In this document: positions 30,688 to 40,648 of the stretch, piece after piece
Layout of the letters: every line of letters begins with the position of its first letter
Numbering within the stretch: the stretch's first letter is position 1
Origin: Gemmatimonadales bacterium
Lineage (GTDB): Bacteria; Gemmatimonadota; Gemmatimonadetes; Gemmatimonadales; Gemmatimonadaceae
Direction: 5' to 3'
DNA length: 46,705 bases
Assembly (NCBI GenBank): GCA_044449225.1
Contig: JBIOHU010000001.1
Span: 1 to 46,705 of the forward strand
Translations under genes and position numbers: made by a program
The notes under the pieces: model-generated
The model's database searches: none
What the model was told of the DNA's origin: nothing
What the model saw: only the letters and a program-made list of their open reading frames with translations

Positions 30688-31438
30688 CGAGAACCTCGAC
30701 CAGCTCCCGCGCCGCGTTCTCCCCGGTGAGTCGCAGGAAGATCTGTTCCAGCCCCTGAGTTCCGGCATCCGCGCTCTGTCGCAGCTCGTCCATCGTGCCG
30801 CAGGCGCGTATCGTGCCCTGGGCGATGATCGCCACGCGATCGCACAGCGTCTCGGCCACTTCCAGCGTGTGCGTGCTCATCATGATCGTGTGTCCGCGCC
30901 GGGTGTACTCGCGGAACAGATCCTTGAGGATCTTCGTGGCCTTCGGGTCGAGGCCGACCATCGGCTCGTCGACGACGATCACCTCCGGGCGGTGGACGAA
31001 GGCGCTCGAAATGATGAGCTTCTGCCGCATCCCGTGGCTGTAGCTCTCCACCAGCTCGTCGCGCCACGGCTCGAGGTCGAACAGCGCGAGCAGCTCCCGC
31101 GCCCGATGCTCCACCTCGGCACCTTCCTGGTCGTACAGACCGGCGACGAAGCGCAGGAACTCGGCGCCGGTGAGTTTCTCATAAATGAAGGGCCGGTCGG
31201 GAATGAAGCCGAGCTTCATCTTCGCGCCGACCGGATCCTTCGCCAAGTTGACGCCGGCGATCGAGATCTCGCCGCCCGAGGGACGCAGGATACCGGCGAT
31301 CATGCGAAGCGTCGTCGTCTTCCCGGCACCGTTGGGGCCCAGGAAGCCGAACAGCTCCCCGCGAGGAACCTCGAGGTCGATCGCGTCCACGGCCGTGAAG
31401 CTGCCGTAGCGCTTGCTGAGCCGGCGGAGGCTGATCAT
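30680..31438 (-). CDS. ABC transporter ATP-binding protein (ABC-2 type)
   Basis: It has the Walker A GPNGAGKTT, the signature-like YSHGMRQKL and the Walker B VIVVDEP. ATG at 31438. Confidence 0.9.
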   Translation of the reverse strand: MISLRRLSKRYGSFTAVDAIDLEVPRGELFGFLGPNGAGKTTTLRMIAGILRPSGGEISIAGVNLAKDPVGAKMKLGFIPDRPFIYEKLTGAEFLRFVAGLYDQEGAEVEHRARELLALFDLEPWRDELVESYSHGMRQKLIISSAFVHRPEVIVVDEPMVGLDPKATKILKDLFREYTRRGHTIMMSTHTLEVAETLCDRVAIIAQGTIRACGTMDELRQSADAGTQGLEQIFLRLTGENAARELVEVLDA

Positions 31439-31464
31439 GCCGAAGCGGGAGAGGCGCGGAGCGC

Positions 31465-33033
31465 CTAGTGAGCGGAGAGGACGTCGATCTGGAGCGCGCC
31501 CATGAGGCGCAGCAGCTCGGCCTGACGGCCGAGCCCACCCACGGTGAACCGGAGGTGCGAAGCGTCGGCCGGGAACTGGCCGAACGTCGGATCCACCGCT
31601 ACCCACCGCTCTAACCAGACTTCCGGCCAGGCGTGGTAGTAAAACTTTCCGTCGAGGTAGGCGAGTCCGGCCGCGATCCGGGCGGGAATTCCCGCCGCCC
31701 GCGCCAGTGCCACGTAGAGCTGCGCGTGCTCGTTGCAGTCCCCCACCCGCGTGCGGAGGGTCGCCAAGGCGCTCGGCACCCCGATCGTGATCTTCTTGGC
31801 GAGCGAGTCGTAGACCCAAAGGTTTATGCGCTGGGCGACCACCCGCGGGTCCGTGTCCCTCCCGCGCAGCCGTCGTGCCAGCGACTGGATCTCCCGGCTG
31901 CGTGTCTCGAGAAGAGGCTCCGCACCGAGGAAGAGAGCCATCGGCGTCCCGCGCGCTCCGTCGGGGAGCCGGTACGCGGCGCGCATCGCCGTGGGGTCCT
32001 CGCGCGTGATCGTCAGTGTGTCGCCGCGCAGTTGCTGCCGGTAGCCCTTCACGTCGAAGCCGTCGAGATCGACGCCGGTAAGCCTCACCCGGAGCTCCTT
32101 CAGGTTCGCACGGAGCTTCTTCTTCGCGGTGATCGCCGTCGTTTCATAGATGTCGCGATCGGCGGTCACCAGCGCACCTCGCGCCGCGGCGTCCGCCTTC
32201 CAGTTCTCGAATGCCACCTCGTAGGGCCGCCGCTCCAGGGTGAGGCCGAGCAGCCGGGTCACGAGGACGATGCGTCCCTGCTCGTCCACCCAGCCATCGA
32301 ATCCGGCCTTTCCCTCAGCCGTCGTCGTCATCCGCCACGCGCGGACCGTGTCCGGAAGGACCCCTTCCCAACGCTTCGTCGCCGCGTTCACGACGCTGCT
32401 GTCGTGCAGGACGAACACACTCTCCGCGACCACCGAGACCTTCATGTCGCGCGGCGCCATGGTCATCGGGTCGAACACGGGAAGGGTGTAGCTCGAGCCG
32501 ACCGACGGCCGCTCGCCCAGCGCGATGGCGAGGGGCACGAGCGTCGGCAGCAGCACGGGCCCGTTCAGGACAATGCGCTGCGTATCCACCGGCTGGCCGC
32601 TCACGCCGCCGACGGCGAGCAGCATCAGCGAGTCCCCGAGCACCGTGCCTGCCGCCTTGATCGGCGCGAGGTCGGCATCGACGTCGACGGTGAAGTGAGT
32701 CACTCGCAGCGCCCGCGTGACCTGAGTCGAGGTGCGCGCACTGGCGCGGTGCAGCTTGCCGGCGACGGGCAGGTCGGCCACCAGATAGTCGGTGACGGTG
32801 ATGCCGCCGTCCGTCGTGTCGATCGTGGATGAGGCGAAGCCGATCTGCTGTCCGCCCTGGAGCACGGCGTAAAACTCGGCGCCCGGCGTGACGCGAAGCC
32901 CCGCCTCGGCGAGGCGCTCGGTGTGTGGCCGGAAGAGCTGGTGATGTACCAACACGCCGAGGCCGGCGATCCAGAGCGCGAGCACGCCCGCCGCGAGCAG
33001 GGCGCGCCGACCCGGCCGGCGCACCTCGATCAT
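31465..33033 (-). CDS. Membrane-anchored transglutaminase-like (Cys-protease fold) protein
   Basis: It has an N-terminal TM segment. The C-terminal core is RVGDCNEHAQLYVALARAAGIPAR..YHAWPEVW..VAVDPT (a C/H/D triad). The ATG overlaps the upstream TGA (ATGA). Confidence 0.75.
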   Translation of the reverse strand: MIEVRRPGRRALLAAGVLALWIAGLGVLVHHQLFRPHTERLAEAGLRVTPGAEFYAVLQGGQQIGFASSTIDTTDGGITVTDYLVADLPVAGKLHRASARTSTQVTRALRVTHFTVDVDADLAPIKAAGTVLGDSLMLLAVGGVSGQPVDTQRIVLNGPVLLPTLVPLAIALGERPSVGSSYTLPVFDPMTMAPRDMKVSVVAESVFVLHDSSVVNAATKRWEGVLPDTVRAWRMTTTAEGKAGFDGWVDEQGRIVLVTRLLGLTLERRPYEVAFENWKADAAARGALVTADRDIYETTAITAKKKLRANLKELRVRLTGVDLDGFDVKGYRQQLRGDTLTITREDPTAMRAAYRLPDGARGTPMALFLGAEPLLETRSREIQSLARRLRGRDTDPRVVAQRINLWVYDSLAKKITIGVPSALATLRTRVGDCNEHAQLYVALARAAGIPARIAAGLAYLDGKFYYHAWPEVWLERWVAVDPTFGQFPADASHLRFTVGGLGRQAELLRLMGALQIDVLSAH

Positions 33034-33773
33034 CGACGCTGCGCCTCGCGGGCCTTCTGATACGCCGTTGCCGCCTCCACCGGACGTCCCATCCGGTCCA
33101 GCACGACCCCGATCGCCTTGAGGGCGCGGTGATTCGACGGGTCGAGCTCGGCGGCAGCCTGATAGGAACCGAGTGCCGCCGGCAGGTCGTCGATACTGTT
33201 GTATGCCTCGCCGAGGTAGTAGTGCGAGGCGACGCGGCGAGGATCGCTCGCTACCGCGGCGCGCAGGGGCTCGACGGCCTCGCGCCACCGGGCACGCTTG
33301 CAGAACAGTACGCCGAGCTGGAGCTGCACGTCGGCCTCCTGCTCGCCGGTGCGAGCAGCGCGCCGGAGGTCGGCTTCGGCGAGGTCGTACTTTCCGCGCA
33401 ACGTGAATAGCGCGGCCCTGGCGCACAGGATCGCAACGTCGTCCGGCGCGACGTCCACCGCGCGGCCGAGCTCCGCCAGCGCGCCCTCCAGGTCGCCCCG
33501 CTGCTGCAGCAGCTCGGCGAGCGCGGCGTGGGCGCGCGCATTCTTCGGCTCACGCGCGATCAGCGCCCGCAGCGTCGTCGCCGCGGCGAACGTCTCGCCT
33601 GCGGCGAGAAAGTCGCGCGCCTGCTGCATCGAGTCGGCGCGGCGGGGGAGCGCGGCATCGACCGGCCGCTCGTCCGCCGCTGCCAGGGGCAGCTGCTGGT
33701 CGGCGGCGATCGACTCGGGAACGGAGGGAGATTGCGACGCGTCGCGCGCGCCTTCGGGCTCGATATGCAGCAT
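33030..33773 (-). CDS. TPR-repeat protein
   Basis: It has multiple TPR units. I chose the ATG at 33773 because it avoids overlap with cutA. An alternative ATG lies at 33836. Confidence 0.65.
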   Translation of the reverse strand: MLHIEPEGARDASQSPSVPESIAADQQLPLAAADERPVDAALPRRADSMQQARDFLAAGETFAAATTLRALIAREPKNARAHAALAELLQQRGDLEGALAELGRAVDVAPDDVAILCARAALFTLRGKYDLAEADLRRAARTGEQEADVQLQLGVLFCKRARWREAVEPLRAAVASDPRRVASHYYLGEAYNSIDDLPAALGSYQAAAELDPSNHRALKAIGVVLDRMGRPVEAATAYQKAREAQRR

Positions 33774-33799
33774 GCGTCTCTCCAGCTTCAGTCGAAGAC

Positions 33800-34135
33800 T
33801 CAGGCGAGAGCGAGAGTCGTCTCGCCGTTGATCCACTCCAGATACTTCGCGTTGCCCGCGGTGACCGGAAGGGCGAGCAGCTCCGGCACCTTGTAGGGAT
33901 GAAGCTCCTCGAACGCGAGCTTCAGCGTCTCCAGCCGTGCCGACCGCGTCTTGAGGAGGACGATCGCCTCCTGCTCGTCGGCGATTCGTCCCTGCCAGCG
34001 GTAGAGCGAGCGCGCTCCCGGCAGCACCGAGCCGCAGGCGACCAGGCGCCGTTCGAGCAGGGTCTGCACGAGCTTCACCGCGTCATCGGCGGAGGCCAGG
34101 GTGGTGATGACGACGATGGCGTCGGTGTGCGGCAT
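33800..34135 (-). CDS. cutA: Divalent-cation tolerance protein CutA
   Basis: 111 aa, with ..VACGSVLPGARSLYRWQG.I..E.E..LL.KT....L...HPY..PE similar to CutA1. Confidence 0.8.
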   Translation of the reverse strand: MPHTDAIVVITTLASADDAVKLVQTLLERRLVACGSVLPGARSLYRWQGRIADEQEAIVLLKTRSARLETLKLAFEELHPYKVPELLALPVTAGNAKYLEWINGETTLALA

Positions 34136-34259
34136 GCGAAGGCGAGCGCGAGGGCGGATGGAGGGGGCGAGGGCCGCATCTCGCGGACCGCGCAGGTAAT
34201 CTAACGTGCACGCTCCGTGACTTGTCTCCCCCCGGTCCGGAAGCGAGTTTACCCTGGTT

Positions 34260-37106
34260 ATGGCAGAAGACGCACTGATCGTCCGCGGGGCACGCGAGCA
34301 CAACCTCCGCAACGTGGACGTGACGATCCCACGGGACCGCCTCACGGTCATCACGGGGCTGTCCGGCTCCGGCAAGTCCTCCCTCGCCTTCGACACGATC
34401 TACGCGGAGGGCCAGCGCCGCTACGTCGAGTCGCTCAGCGCCTACGCGCGGCAGTTCCTCGGGCTGATGGAGAAGCCAGACGTTGACGCCATCGAGGGGC
34501 TGTCGCCGGCGATCTCGATCGAGCAGAAGACCGCCGGCCACAACCCGCGCTCCACGGTCGGCACCGTCACGGAGATCTATGACTATCTCCGCCTTCTCTT
34601 CGCGCGCGCCGGCACGCCGTACTGTCCGAACTGCGGCCGTCCGGTGCAGCGGCAGAGCCCGGCGCAGATCGCCGAATCCGTGCTCGGCTGGCCGAGTGGA
34701 ACGAAGATCGAAGTCCGCGCGCCTCTCGTGCAGGGTCGCAAGGGCGAGTTCCGCGAGCTGTTCGAGTCGGTCCGCAAGCAGGGCTTCATCCGCGCCTACG
34801 TCGATGGCGCGCTGATCGAGGTCGCCGATCCGCCAAAGCTGAATCGCCGCCAGAATCACAACATCTCCGTCGTCGTCGATCGGCTCGTCGTGCGAAGCGA
34901 GGATCGGGCGCGGCTCGCCGATTCCGTCGAGACGGCGCTCAAGCTCGCCGAAGGCATCGTCGAGGTCTTCGACGTCGAGGCGCAGTCGGTAGAGACCTTC
35001 TCCGAGAAGTACGGCTGCCCTGCCTGCGGCATCTCGATGCCCGAGCTGGAGCCGCGCCACTTCTCGTTCAATTCTCCCTTCGGCGCCTGCGCGACCTGCG
35101 GCGGCCTCGGAACCCGGCGGCGCGTCAGCGAGGAGCTCGTGCTCGGCGATCCGCGCATCTCGATTCTCGAAGGCGTCGTGCTCCCGTGGGGCGAGCCGAC
35201 CGGCTATCTGCGCAAGGTCGTGCTGCCGACGCTGGCCCGTCAGTTCCGGTTCGACCTCAACGCCCCCTGGGGCGAGCTGCCCGAGTCGGTGCGCGACATC
35301 CTTCTGCACGGTGATGCCGGCGCGGCCGGGCGGAAGAAGAAGTCGACTGACGGAACGTGGGAGGGGATCATCGCCAATGTCGAGCGGCGGTACGAGGAAA
35401 CCGATTCCGACATGGTGCGCGTGGATCTCGAGGCATACATGCTCGCCGTCCCCTGCTCGGACTGTCACGGTCAGCGGCTCAAGCCGGAGTCGCTCGCCGT
35501 CACGATCGACGGACGCAACATCGGGGCGATCGTCGACCTGCCCATCACCGAGTCACTGGCGTTCTTCGAGCGGACTCCGGTGCGAGGCGACGGTCGCGTG
35601 AACGGGCTCGACGCCGAGATCGCCGGCCCGATCCTCAAGGAAGTGCGCGAGCGCCTCCGCTTCCTCGTCGACGTGGGGCTGGACTACCTCACGCTCGGCC
35701 GCTCTGCCGAATCGCTCTCCGGCGGCGAAGCGCAGCGCATCCGCCTCGCCACTCAGATCGGGTCGCGCCTCGTGGGCGTGCTGTACATCCTCGACGAGCC
35801 GTCGATCGGCCTCCACCAGCGTGACAACTCACGGCTCCTCGGGACGCTGGAGCAGCTTCGCGACCTCGGCAACACCGTCATCGTCGTCGAGCACGACGAG
35901 GAGACGATGCGCGCCGCCGACTACGTGATCGACATGGGGCCGGGCGCCGGCAAGCACGGCGGCGAGGTGATCGCCTGCGGCACGGTGGACGAGATCATCC
36001 GTAATCCCCGTTCGATCACCGGCAAGTTCCTCAGCGGCGAATTGGAGATCGCCCTGCCGGCGACCCGCCGCCCGCGCGACCCCAAGCGCGCGATCCGCAT
36101 CGTGAACGCGCGCGAGCACAACCTGCGCAACCTCACGGCCGAGATCCCCCTCGGACTCTTCGTCGCCATCACCGGTGTCTCCGGGTCCGGCAAGTCCACG
36201 CTCATCGAGGACATCCTTCACCGGTCGCTGGCGCGCCACTTCTATCGGGCACGGGTCATACCCGGCGCTCACGATCGCATCACCGGCCTCGAGCACATCG
36301 ACAAGGTGATCGACATCGATCAGAGCCCGATCGGCCGCACGCCCCGCTCCAATCCGGCGACGTACACCGGCCTGTTCACGCCGATCCGCGAGCTGTTCGC
36401 CGAGCTGCCGGAGGCGAAGATCCGCGGTTACGGGCCCGGTCGCTTCTCCTTCAACGTGAAGGGAGGCCGCTGCGAGGCGTGCCAGGGCGACGGACTCGTG
36501 AAGATCGAGATGCACTTCCTCCCCGACGTCTACGTGCCCTGCGAGGTCTGCAAGGGCAAGCGGTACAACCGCGAGACGCTCGAGGTCCGATTCCGAGGGC
36601 AGAGCATCGCCGAGGTACTGGAGATGACGGCCGAGGATGCGCTGGCCTTCTTCGAGAATCAGCCGCGCGTTCGCCAGAAGCTCGAGACACTGAACGACGT
36701 CGGTCTCGGCTACATCCATCTCGGCCAGAGCGCGACGACACTCTCCGGTGGCGAGGCGCAGCGCATCAAGCTCGCGACGGAGCTGTCGAAGCGGGATACG
36801 GGACGCACTTTCTACATCCTCGACGAGCCGACGACCGGTCTCCACTTCGAGGACGTGCGCGTCCTGCTTCACGTGCTGCACCGCCTCGTCGACCGTGGCA
36901 ACACGGTCCTGGTGATCGAGCACAACCTCGACGTGATCAAGACGGCCGACTGGATCATCGACCTCGGCCCGGATGGCGGCACGCGCGGCGGTGCCATCGT
37001 CGCCGAGGGGACGCCCGAGGACGTCGTGCAGGTCGATGCGAGCCACACCGGACGATATCTCAAACCGATGCTGGGACGGGTCTCGCAACGCAGAAAGGCT
37101 GGGTGA
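34260..37106 (+). CDS. uvrA: Excinuclease ABC subunit A
   Basis: 948 aa. It has two ABC modules (GLSGSGKSS and GVSGSGKST), Zn-finger Cys pairs and LSGGEAQR twice. Confidence 0.97.
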   Translation: MAEDALIVRGAREHNLRNVDVTIPRDRLTVITGLSGSGKSSLAFDTIYAEGQRRYVESLSAYARQFLGLMEKPDVDAIEGLSPAISIEQKTAGHNPRSTVGTVTEIYDYLRLLFARAGTPYCPNCGRPVQRQSPAQIAESVLGWPSGTKIEVRAPLVQGRKGEFRELFESVRKQGFIRAYVDGALIEVADPPKLNRRQNHNISVVVDRLVVRSEDRARLADSVETALKLAEGIVEVFDVEAQSVETFSEKYGCPACGISMPELEPRHFSFNSPFGACATCGGLGTRRRVSEELVLGDPRISILEGVVLPWGEPTGYLRKVVLPTLARQFRFDLNAPWGELPESVRDILLHGDAGAAGRKKKSTDGTWEGIIANVERRYEETDSDMVRVDLEAYMLAVPCSDCHGQRLKPESLAVTIDGRNIGAIVDLPITESLAFFERTPVRGDGRVNGLDAEIAGPILKEVRERLRFLVDVGLDYLTLGRSAESLSGGEAQRIRLATQIGSRLVGVLYILDEPSIGLHQRDNSRLLGTLEQLRDLGNTVIVVEHDEETMRAADYVIDMGPGAGKHGGEVIACGTVDEIIRNPRSITGKFLSGELEIALPATRRPRDPKRAIRIVNAREHNLRNLTAEIPLGLFVAITGVSGSGKSTLIEDILHRSLARHFYRARVIPGAHDRITGLEHIDKVIDIDQSPIGRTPRSNPATYTGLFTPIRELFAELPEAKIRGYGPGRFSFNVKGGRCEACQGDGLVKIEMHFLPDVYVPCEVCKGKRYNRETLEVRFRGQSIAEVLEMTAEDALAFFENQPRVRQKLETLNDVGLGYIHLGQSATTLSGGEAQRIKLATELSKRDTGRTFYILDEPTTGLHFEDVRVLLHVLHRLVDRGNTVLVIEHNLDVIKTADWIIDLGPDGGTRGGAIVAEGTPEDVVQVDASHTGRYLKPMLGRVSQRRKAG

Positions 37107-37114
37107 ACATCCGG

Positions 37115-37146
37115 TAGGTGAGTAGGTGGGAAGGTGGGTAGGTGGG
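37115..37146. repeat. Four tandem G-rich 8-mers
   Basis: TAGGTGAG TAGGTGGG AAGGTGGG TAGGTGGG. The tract begins 9 nt after the uvrA stop and ends 47 nt before the sdaAB ATG. Confidence 0.85.
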
Positions 37147-37193
37147 AACACGAGCAAATGCGGATGAGGGCACACCGGTACAGGTAGTCAACA

Positions 37194-37862
37194 ATGGTCT
37201 CCCTGCTCGACATCATCGGACCCGTCATGGTCGGGCCCTCCTCTTCTCATACCGCAGGCGCCTGCCGGCTCGGGCTGCTCGCGCGATGCCTCGTCGGCGG
37301 CACGCCGGAGCGGGCGCGAGCCGAGCTCCATGGTTCCTTCGCCCGGACCGGTGAAGGCCACGGCACCGACAAGGCCATCGTCGGAGGGCTGATGGGGTTT
37401 CGCCCCGATGACGAGCGGCTGCGCACGGCGCTGGAGATTGCCGAGCGCGAGGGGCTCGACTACACCTTCGAGAAAACCACCCTCGCCGACGACGCGCATC
37501 CGAACACGGTGCGACTCACGCTCGAGCGCGGTGATCGGCGCGCCGTCATGACCGGCTCGTCACTCGGCGCGGGACGTGTTCTCGTGACCGACATCGACGG
37601 TTATCCCGTCGAAGTCACCGGCAACTACCACACGATCGTGCTCGTGGCCGAGGACGTGAAGGGCTCGGTGGCGAGGATCGCGACGATCCTCGCCGCGCAT
37701 GAGCTCAACATCGCGACGCTCAGGCTGACGAGAAAGGAACGGGGCGGCGACGCGTTCATGGTCATCGAGATCGACGACGTGCCGGGCGAAGCGGTGCGCG
37801 ACGAGATCCGTGAGCTCCCATGGGTCCGCTGGGCCTTCCGTCTCGACAAGGTCAGCGCCTGA
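37194..37862 (+). CDS. sdaAB: L-serine dehydratase, Fe-S type, beta subunit
   Basis: It has [18 protein letters not shown] and a C-terminal ACT-like domain. Confidence 0.85.
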   Translation: MVSLLDIIGPVMVGPSSSHTAGACRLGLLARCLVGGTPERARAELHGSFARTGEGHGTDKAIVGGLMGFRPDDERLRTALEIAEREGLDYTFEKTTLADDAHPNTVRLTLERGDRRAVMTGSSLGAGRVLVTDIDGYPVEVTGNYHTIVLVAEDVKGSVARIATILAAHELNIATLRLTRKERGGDAFMVIEIDDVPGEAVRDEIRELPWVRWAFRLDKVSA

Positions 37863-37868
37863 TCGGCC

Positions 37869-38288
37869 TCATTCGCCCGCAGGCAACACGGTAAGGACCT
37901 TCTCGTCGCTGGGAAGGGTGACCTCGAGCCACTCGCCAGGCCCGAGCGAGATCGGCCCGGTCCGGGGGACGATCGACCGCGCGAGTAGCCGGGCCGCGAT
38001 CTCCACGGTGCCGGCTCGCGTCGTGATGTCCGCCGGCACCGTCAGCGTATCGGTCCGACCGGACATGACGGTGCCGATGCGGCGGCTCTCGCTACCAGGC
38101 ACGACCACGTAGACGTCGGCCTGATCGAGCGACCGATTGATGAACACGATGAAGCCCTGCGGCGTCACTTCGCCGCCGCGATGAAAGCGGCCGCACGAAG
38201 CAGACAGGGCGAGGACGAGGACGGCGAGCGCGAGGGCGGCGCGCCGGCCGGTGGAGCGAAGGCAGTGCCGCAGGTGGATGGCGTTCAT
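37869..38288 (-). CDS. Lipoprotein, hypothetical
   Basis: ATG at 38288. The signal peptide plus lipobox reads LALSASC. It lies antisense between sdaAB and sdaAA. Confidence 0.5.
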   Translation of the reverse strand: MNAIHLRHCLRSTGRRAALALAVLVLALSASCGRFHRGGEVTPQGFIVFINRSLDQADVYVVVPGSESRRIGTVMSGRTDTLTVPADITTRAGTVEIAARLLARSIVPRTGPISLGPGEWLEVTLPSDEKVLTVLPAGE

Positions 38289-38451
38289 AGACGGGTGCCA
38301 GCTATCTCGAGGTGGTCCGACGGAGATTCCGACCCGGACCGAAGCACGGGCGGTGCCAGCGCCTCCCGGGGTCGGCGAATGCCCGTCCCCACTGAGGTGC
38401 CCACCGCCGGCCGCGTGATGTCTTTCGCTCGCGATACCGATACCTTCCGAC

Positions 38452-39330
38452 ATGTACAAGTCCCTCGCCGATGCGATCAAGGACGCGGAGCAACAGGGAA
38501 TTCCCCTGGCGCGCCTCGCGCTGGAGACCGAGAGCCGCGATCAGGGGCGCCCCGTCGCCGACATTCGCGCCGCGCTTCAGCGAGCCCTCGACGTGATGCG
38601 GGGCGCCGTCGGCCAGGGGATGACCGGCGATCTGTACTCCGCGTCGGGTCTCGTCGGCGGCGACGCGGCGAAGCTCCGCACGGGACCGGATGGCCCGCTC
38701 GCCGGCACTCCCTTCCGCGACATTCTCGCCCGCGCCCTCGCCGTACAGGAGGTCAATGCGGCGATGGGAGTAATTGTCGCCGCTCCCACCGCCGGCGGAG
38801 CCGGCGTGCTCCCCGCCGTGCTCACGGGACTCGCCCACGCGCGAGGGATCGACGATGAAACCGTCGTCAGCGCGTTGGCCGTCGCCGGTCTCATCGGGGC
38901 CGTGATCGCCGAGCGCGCGTCGCTCTCGGGCGCCGAAGGTGGCTGCCAGGCCGAGACCGGCTCCGCGGCGGCGATGGCGGCCGGCGCCGCCACCGAGATG
39001 CTGGGCGGCAGCCCTGCCCAGGTGGGTCACGCGACTGCTCTCGCCCTGCAAGGGACGCTCGGCCTCGTCTGTGATCCGCTCGGTGGCCTGGTCGAGCTCC
39101 CCTGCGTCTTCCGGAACGCCACCGGTTCGGCGATCGCGCTTACCGGCATCGAGCTGGCGATGGCTGGCGTCGAGTTCAGGATTCCGGTCGACGAAGTGAT
39201 CGACGTCATGGGACAGATTGGTCGGGAGATGGATGTCCGGTACCGCGAGACCGCCGGTGGCGGCCTCGCGGCGACCCCGACCGGGCGCCGCCTCGCGAAG
39301 GAGCGACTGGTGCAGATCAAGCGGGCCTGA
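38452..39330 (+). CDS. sdaAA: L-serine dehydratase, Fe-S type, alpha subunit
   Basis: 292 aa with ..AAPTAGGAG..P, GCQAE.GSAAAMAA and CDP.GGLV..PC. Confidence 0.85.
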   Translation: MYKSLADAIKDAEQQGIPLARLALETESRDQGRPVADIRAALQRALDVMRGAVGQGMTGDLYSASGLVGGDAAKLRTGPDGPLAGTPFRDILARALAVQEVNAAMGVIVAAPTAGGAGVLPAVLTGLAHARGIDDETVVSALAVAGLIGAVIAERASLSGAEGGCQAETGSAAAMAAGAATEMLGGSPAQVGHATALALQGTLGLVCDPLGGLVELPCVFRNATGSAIALTGIELAMAGVEFRIPVDEVIDVMGQIGREMDVRYRETAGGGLAATPTGRRLAKERLVQIKRA

Positions 39331-39453
39331 CGACCCGCCGCGAGCCTTTCGTGTCGTGCCGCGCGTCCATAGCTTGCGGCCACGCGCCACGCTGCTGAAA
39401 CGGACTGAGCGTGGACCTCGTATGGAAGGCAACACCGCCCGCCAGGAGTACCG

Positions 39454-39858
39454 ATGCTCACGAAAGACGACATCGAGAGCTTTCTCGTCCGACTCGCCGC
39501 GACCGGCGCGACCTATTCCGAGGTCGAGCCCGGCTTCTGGATCGTGCGACCGAGCCCGGACAGCGATCTCTCGGTCGCCGTGAACTACGCGCCTCCGGTC
39601 GTGCTGCTGCGGGTGGACGTCATGACGCTGCCGAAAAACGGTGCGCAGAGCGCCACCCTCACTCGCCGGCTGCTCGAGCTCAATGCCTCCGATCTGCTCC
39701 ATGGATCCTACGGCATCCAGGACGAGCAGATCGTCCTCACCGAGGCGCTCGAGCTCTCGGCCCTCGACTTCGAGGAGTTCCTCGCGAGCTACGAGAGCAT
39801 GACGCTCGCGCTCGCATCGCACCTGCGCGAGCTTGGCTCGTACCGCGAGGCACGCTGA
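39454..39858 (+). CDS. YbjN-like / secretion-chaperone-fold protein
   Basis: 134 aa with alpha-beta character. An AGGAG sequence ends 5 nt upstream of the ATG. The gene lies 4 nt upstream of pspA. Confidence 0.45.
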   Translation: MLTKDDIESFLVRLAATGATYSEVEPGFWIVRPSPDSDLSVAVNYAPPVVLLRVDVMTLPKNGAQSATLTRRLLELNASDLLHGSYGIQDEQIVLTEALELSALDFEEFLASYESMTLALASHLRELGSYREAR

Positions 39859-39862
39859 CCCC

Positions 39863-40648
39863 ATGGGCATCTTCGATCGATTCTCCGCGCTTCTCAAGTC
39901 CAACATCAACGATCTCATCTCCCGGGCCGAAGACCCGGAGAAGATGCTGACGCAGATCCTCGTCGACATGCGCGGCCAGCTCGTGAAGGCCAAGCAGCAG
40001 GTCGCCTCGGCGATCGCCGACGAGAAGCGCTTGCGCGACCAGACCGACGCCGAATACAAGCAGGCGCAGGACTGGGAGCGGCGCGCGATGCTCGCCGTTC
40101 AGGAAGGGCGTGACGACATGGCGAAGCAGGCGCTCGTGCGGCACGGCGAGCACCTGTCCCACGGGCAGCAGCTCGAGCAGACGTGGGAAACGCACCGCCT
40201 GGAGACCGAGAAGCTGAAGAACTCGCTCCGGGATCTGAACGACAAGATCGAGGAGGCGAAGCGGAAGAAGAATCTGCTCGTCGCCAGGCAGCGCCGCGCC
40301 CAGGCTCAGCAGCGCATCGCCGAGACGATGTCGTCGTTGTCCGAGAAGAGCGCCTTCGAGGCGTTCGCGCGGATGGAGGAGCGCATCGAGACGAACGAGC
40401 GTCAGATCCGCGCCCATGCCGAGATCGAGGAAGAGTTCACCGGCGACACCCTGCAGCGCGACTTCAAGCAGCTCGAGAAGGGTGCGTCCGCCGTGTCGGT
40501 CGATACCCAGCTCCTCGCGCTGAAGCAGAAGATGGGACTACTGCCAGCCGGCGGCGCGGGACCGAGCAAGGCGCTCAACAGCGGACAGCGGAGCGACGAG
40601 ACGGTTCACGCCGAGATCGAGCATCCTGGCGACGAGGACAAGCGGTGA
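39863..40648 (+). CDS. pspA: PspA/IM30 (phage-shock protein A family)
   Basis: The N-terminus is MGIFDRFSALLKSNINDLISRAEDPEKML, followed by a long coiled coil. Confidence 0.9.
   Translation: MGIFDRFSALLKSNINDLISRAEDPEKMLTQILVDMRGQLVKAKQQVASAIADEKRLRDQTDAEYKQAQDWERRAMLAVQEGRDDMAKQALVRHGEHLSHGQQLEQTWETHRLETEKLKNSLRDLNDKIEEAKRKKNLLVARQRRAQAQQRIAETMSSLSEKSAFEAFARMEERIETNERQIRAHAEIEEEFTGDTLQRDFKQLEKGASAVSVDTQLLALKQKMGLLPAGGAGPSKALNSGQRSDETVHAEIEHPGDEDKR

Noticed and set aside
34205-34212. The CGTGCACG palindrome in the cutA/uvrA divergent region, considered as a LexA/SOS box for uvrA.
   Set aside because: It is only 8 bp long and does not match any LexA motif I can name with confidence. Palindromes of this size are frequent in GC-rich DNA.
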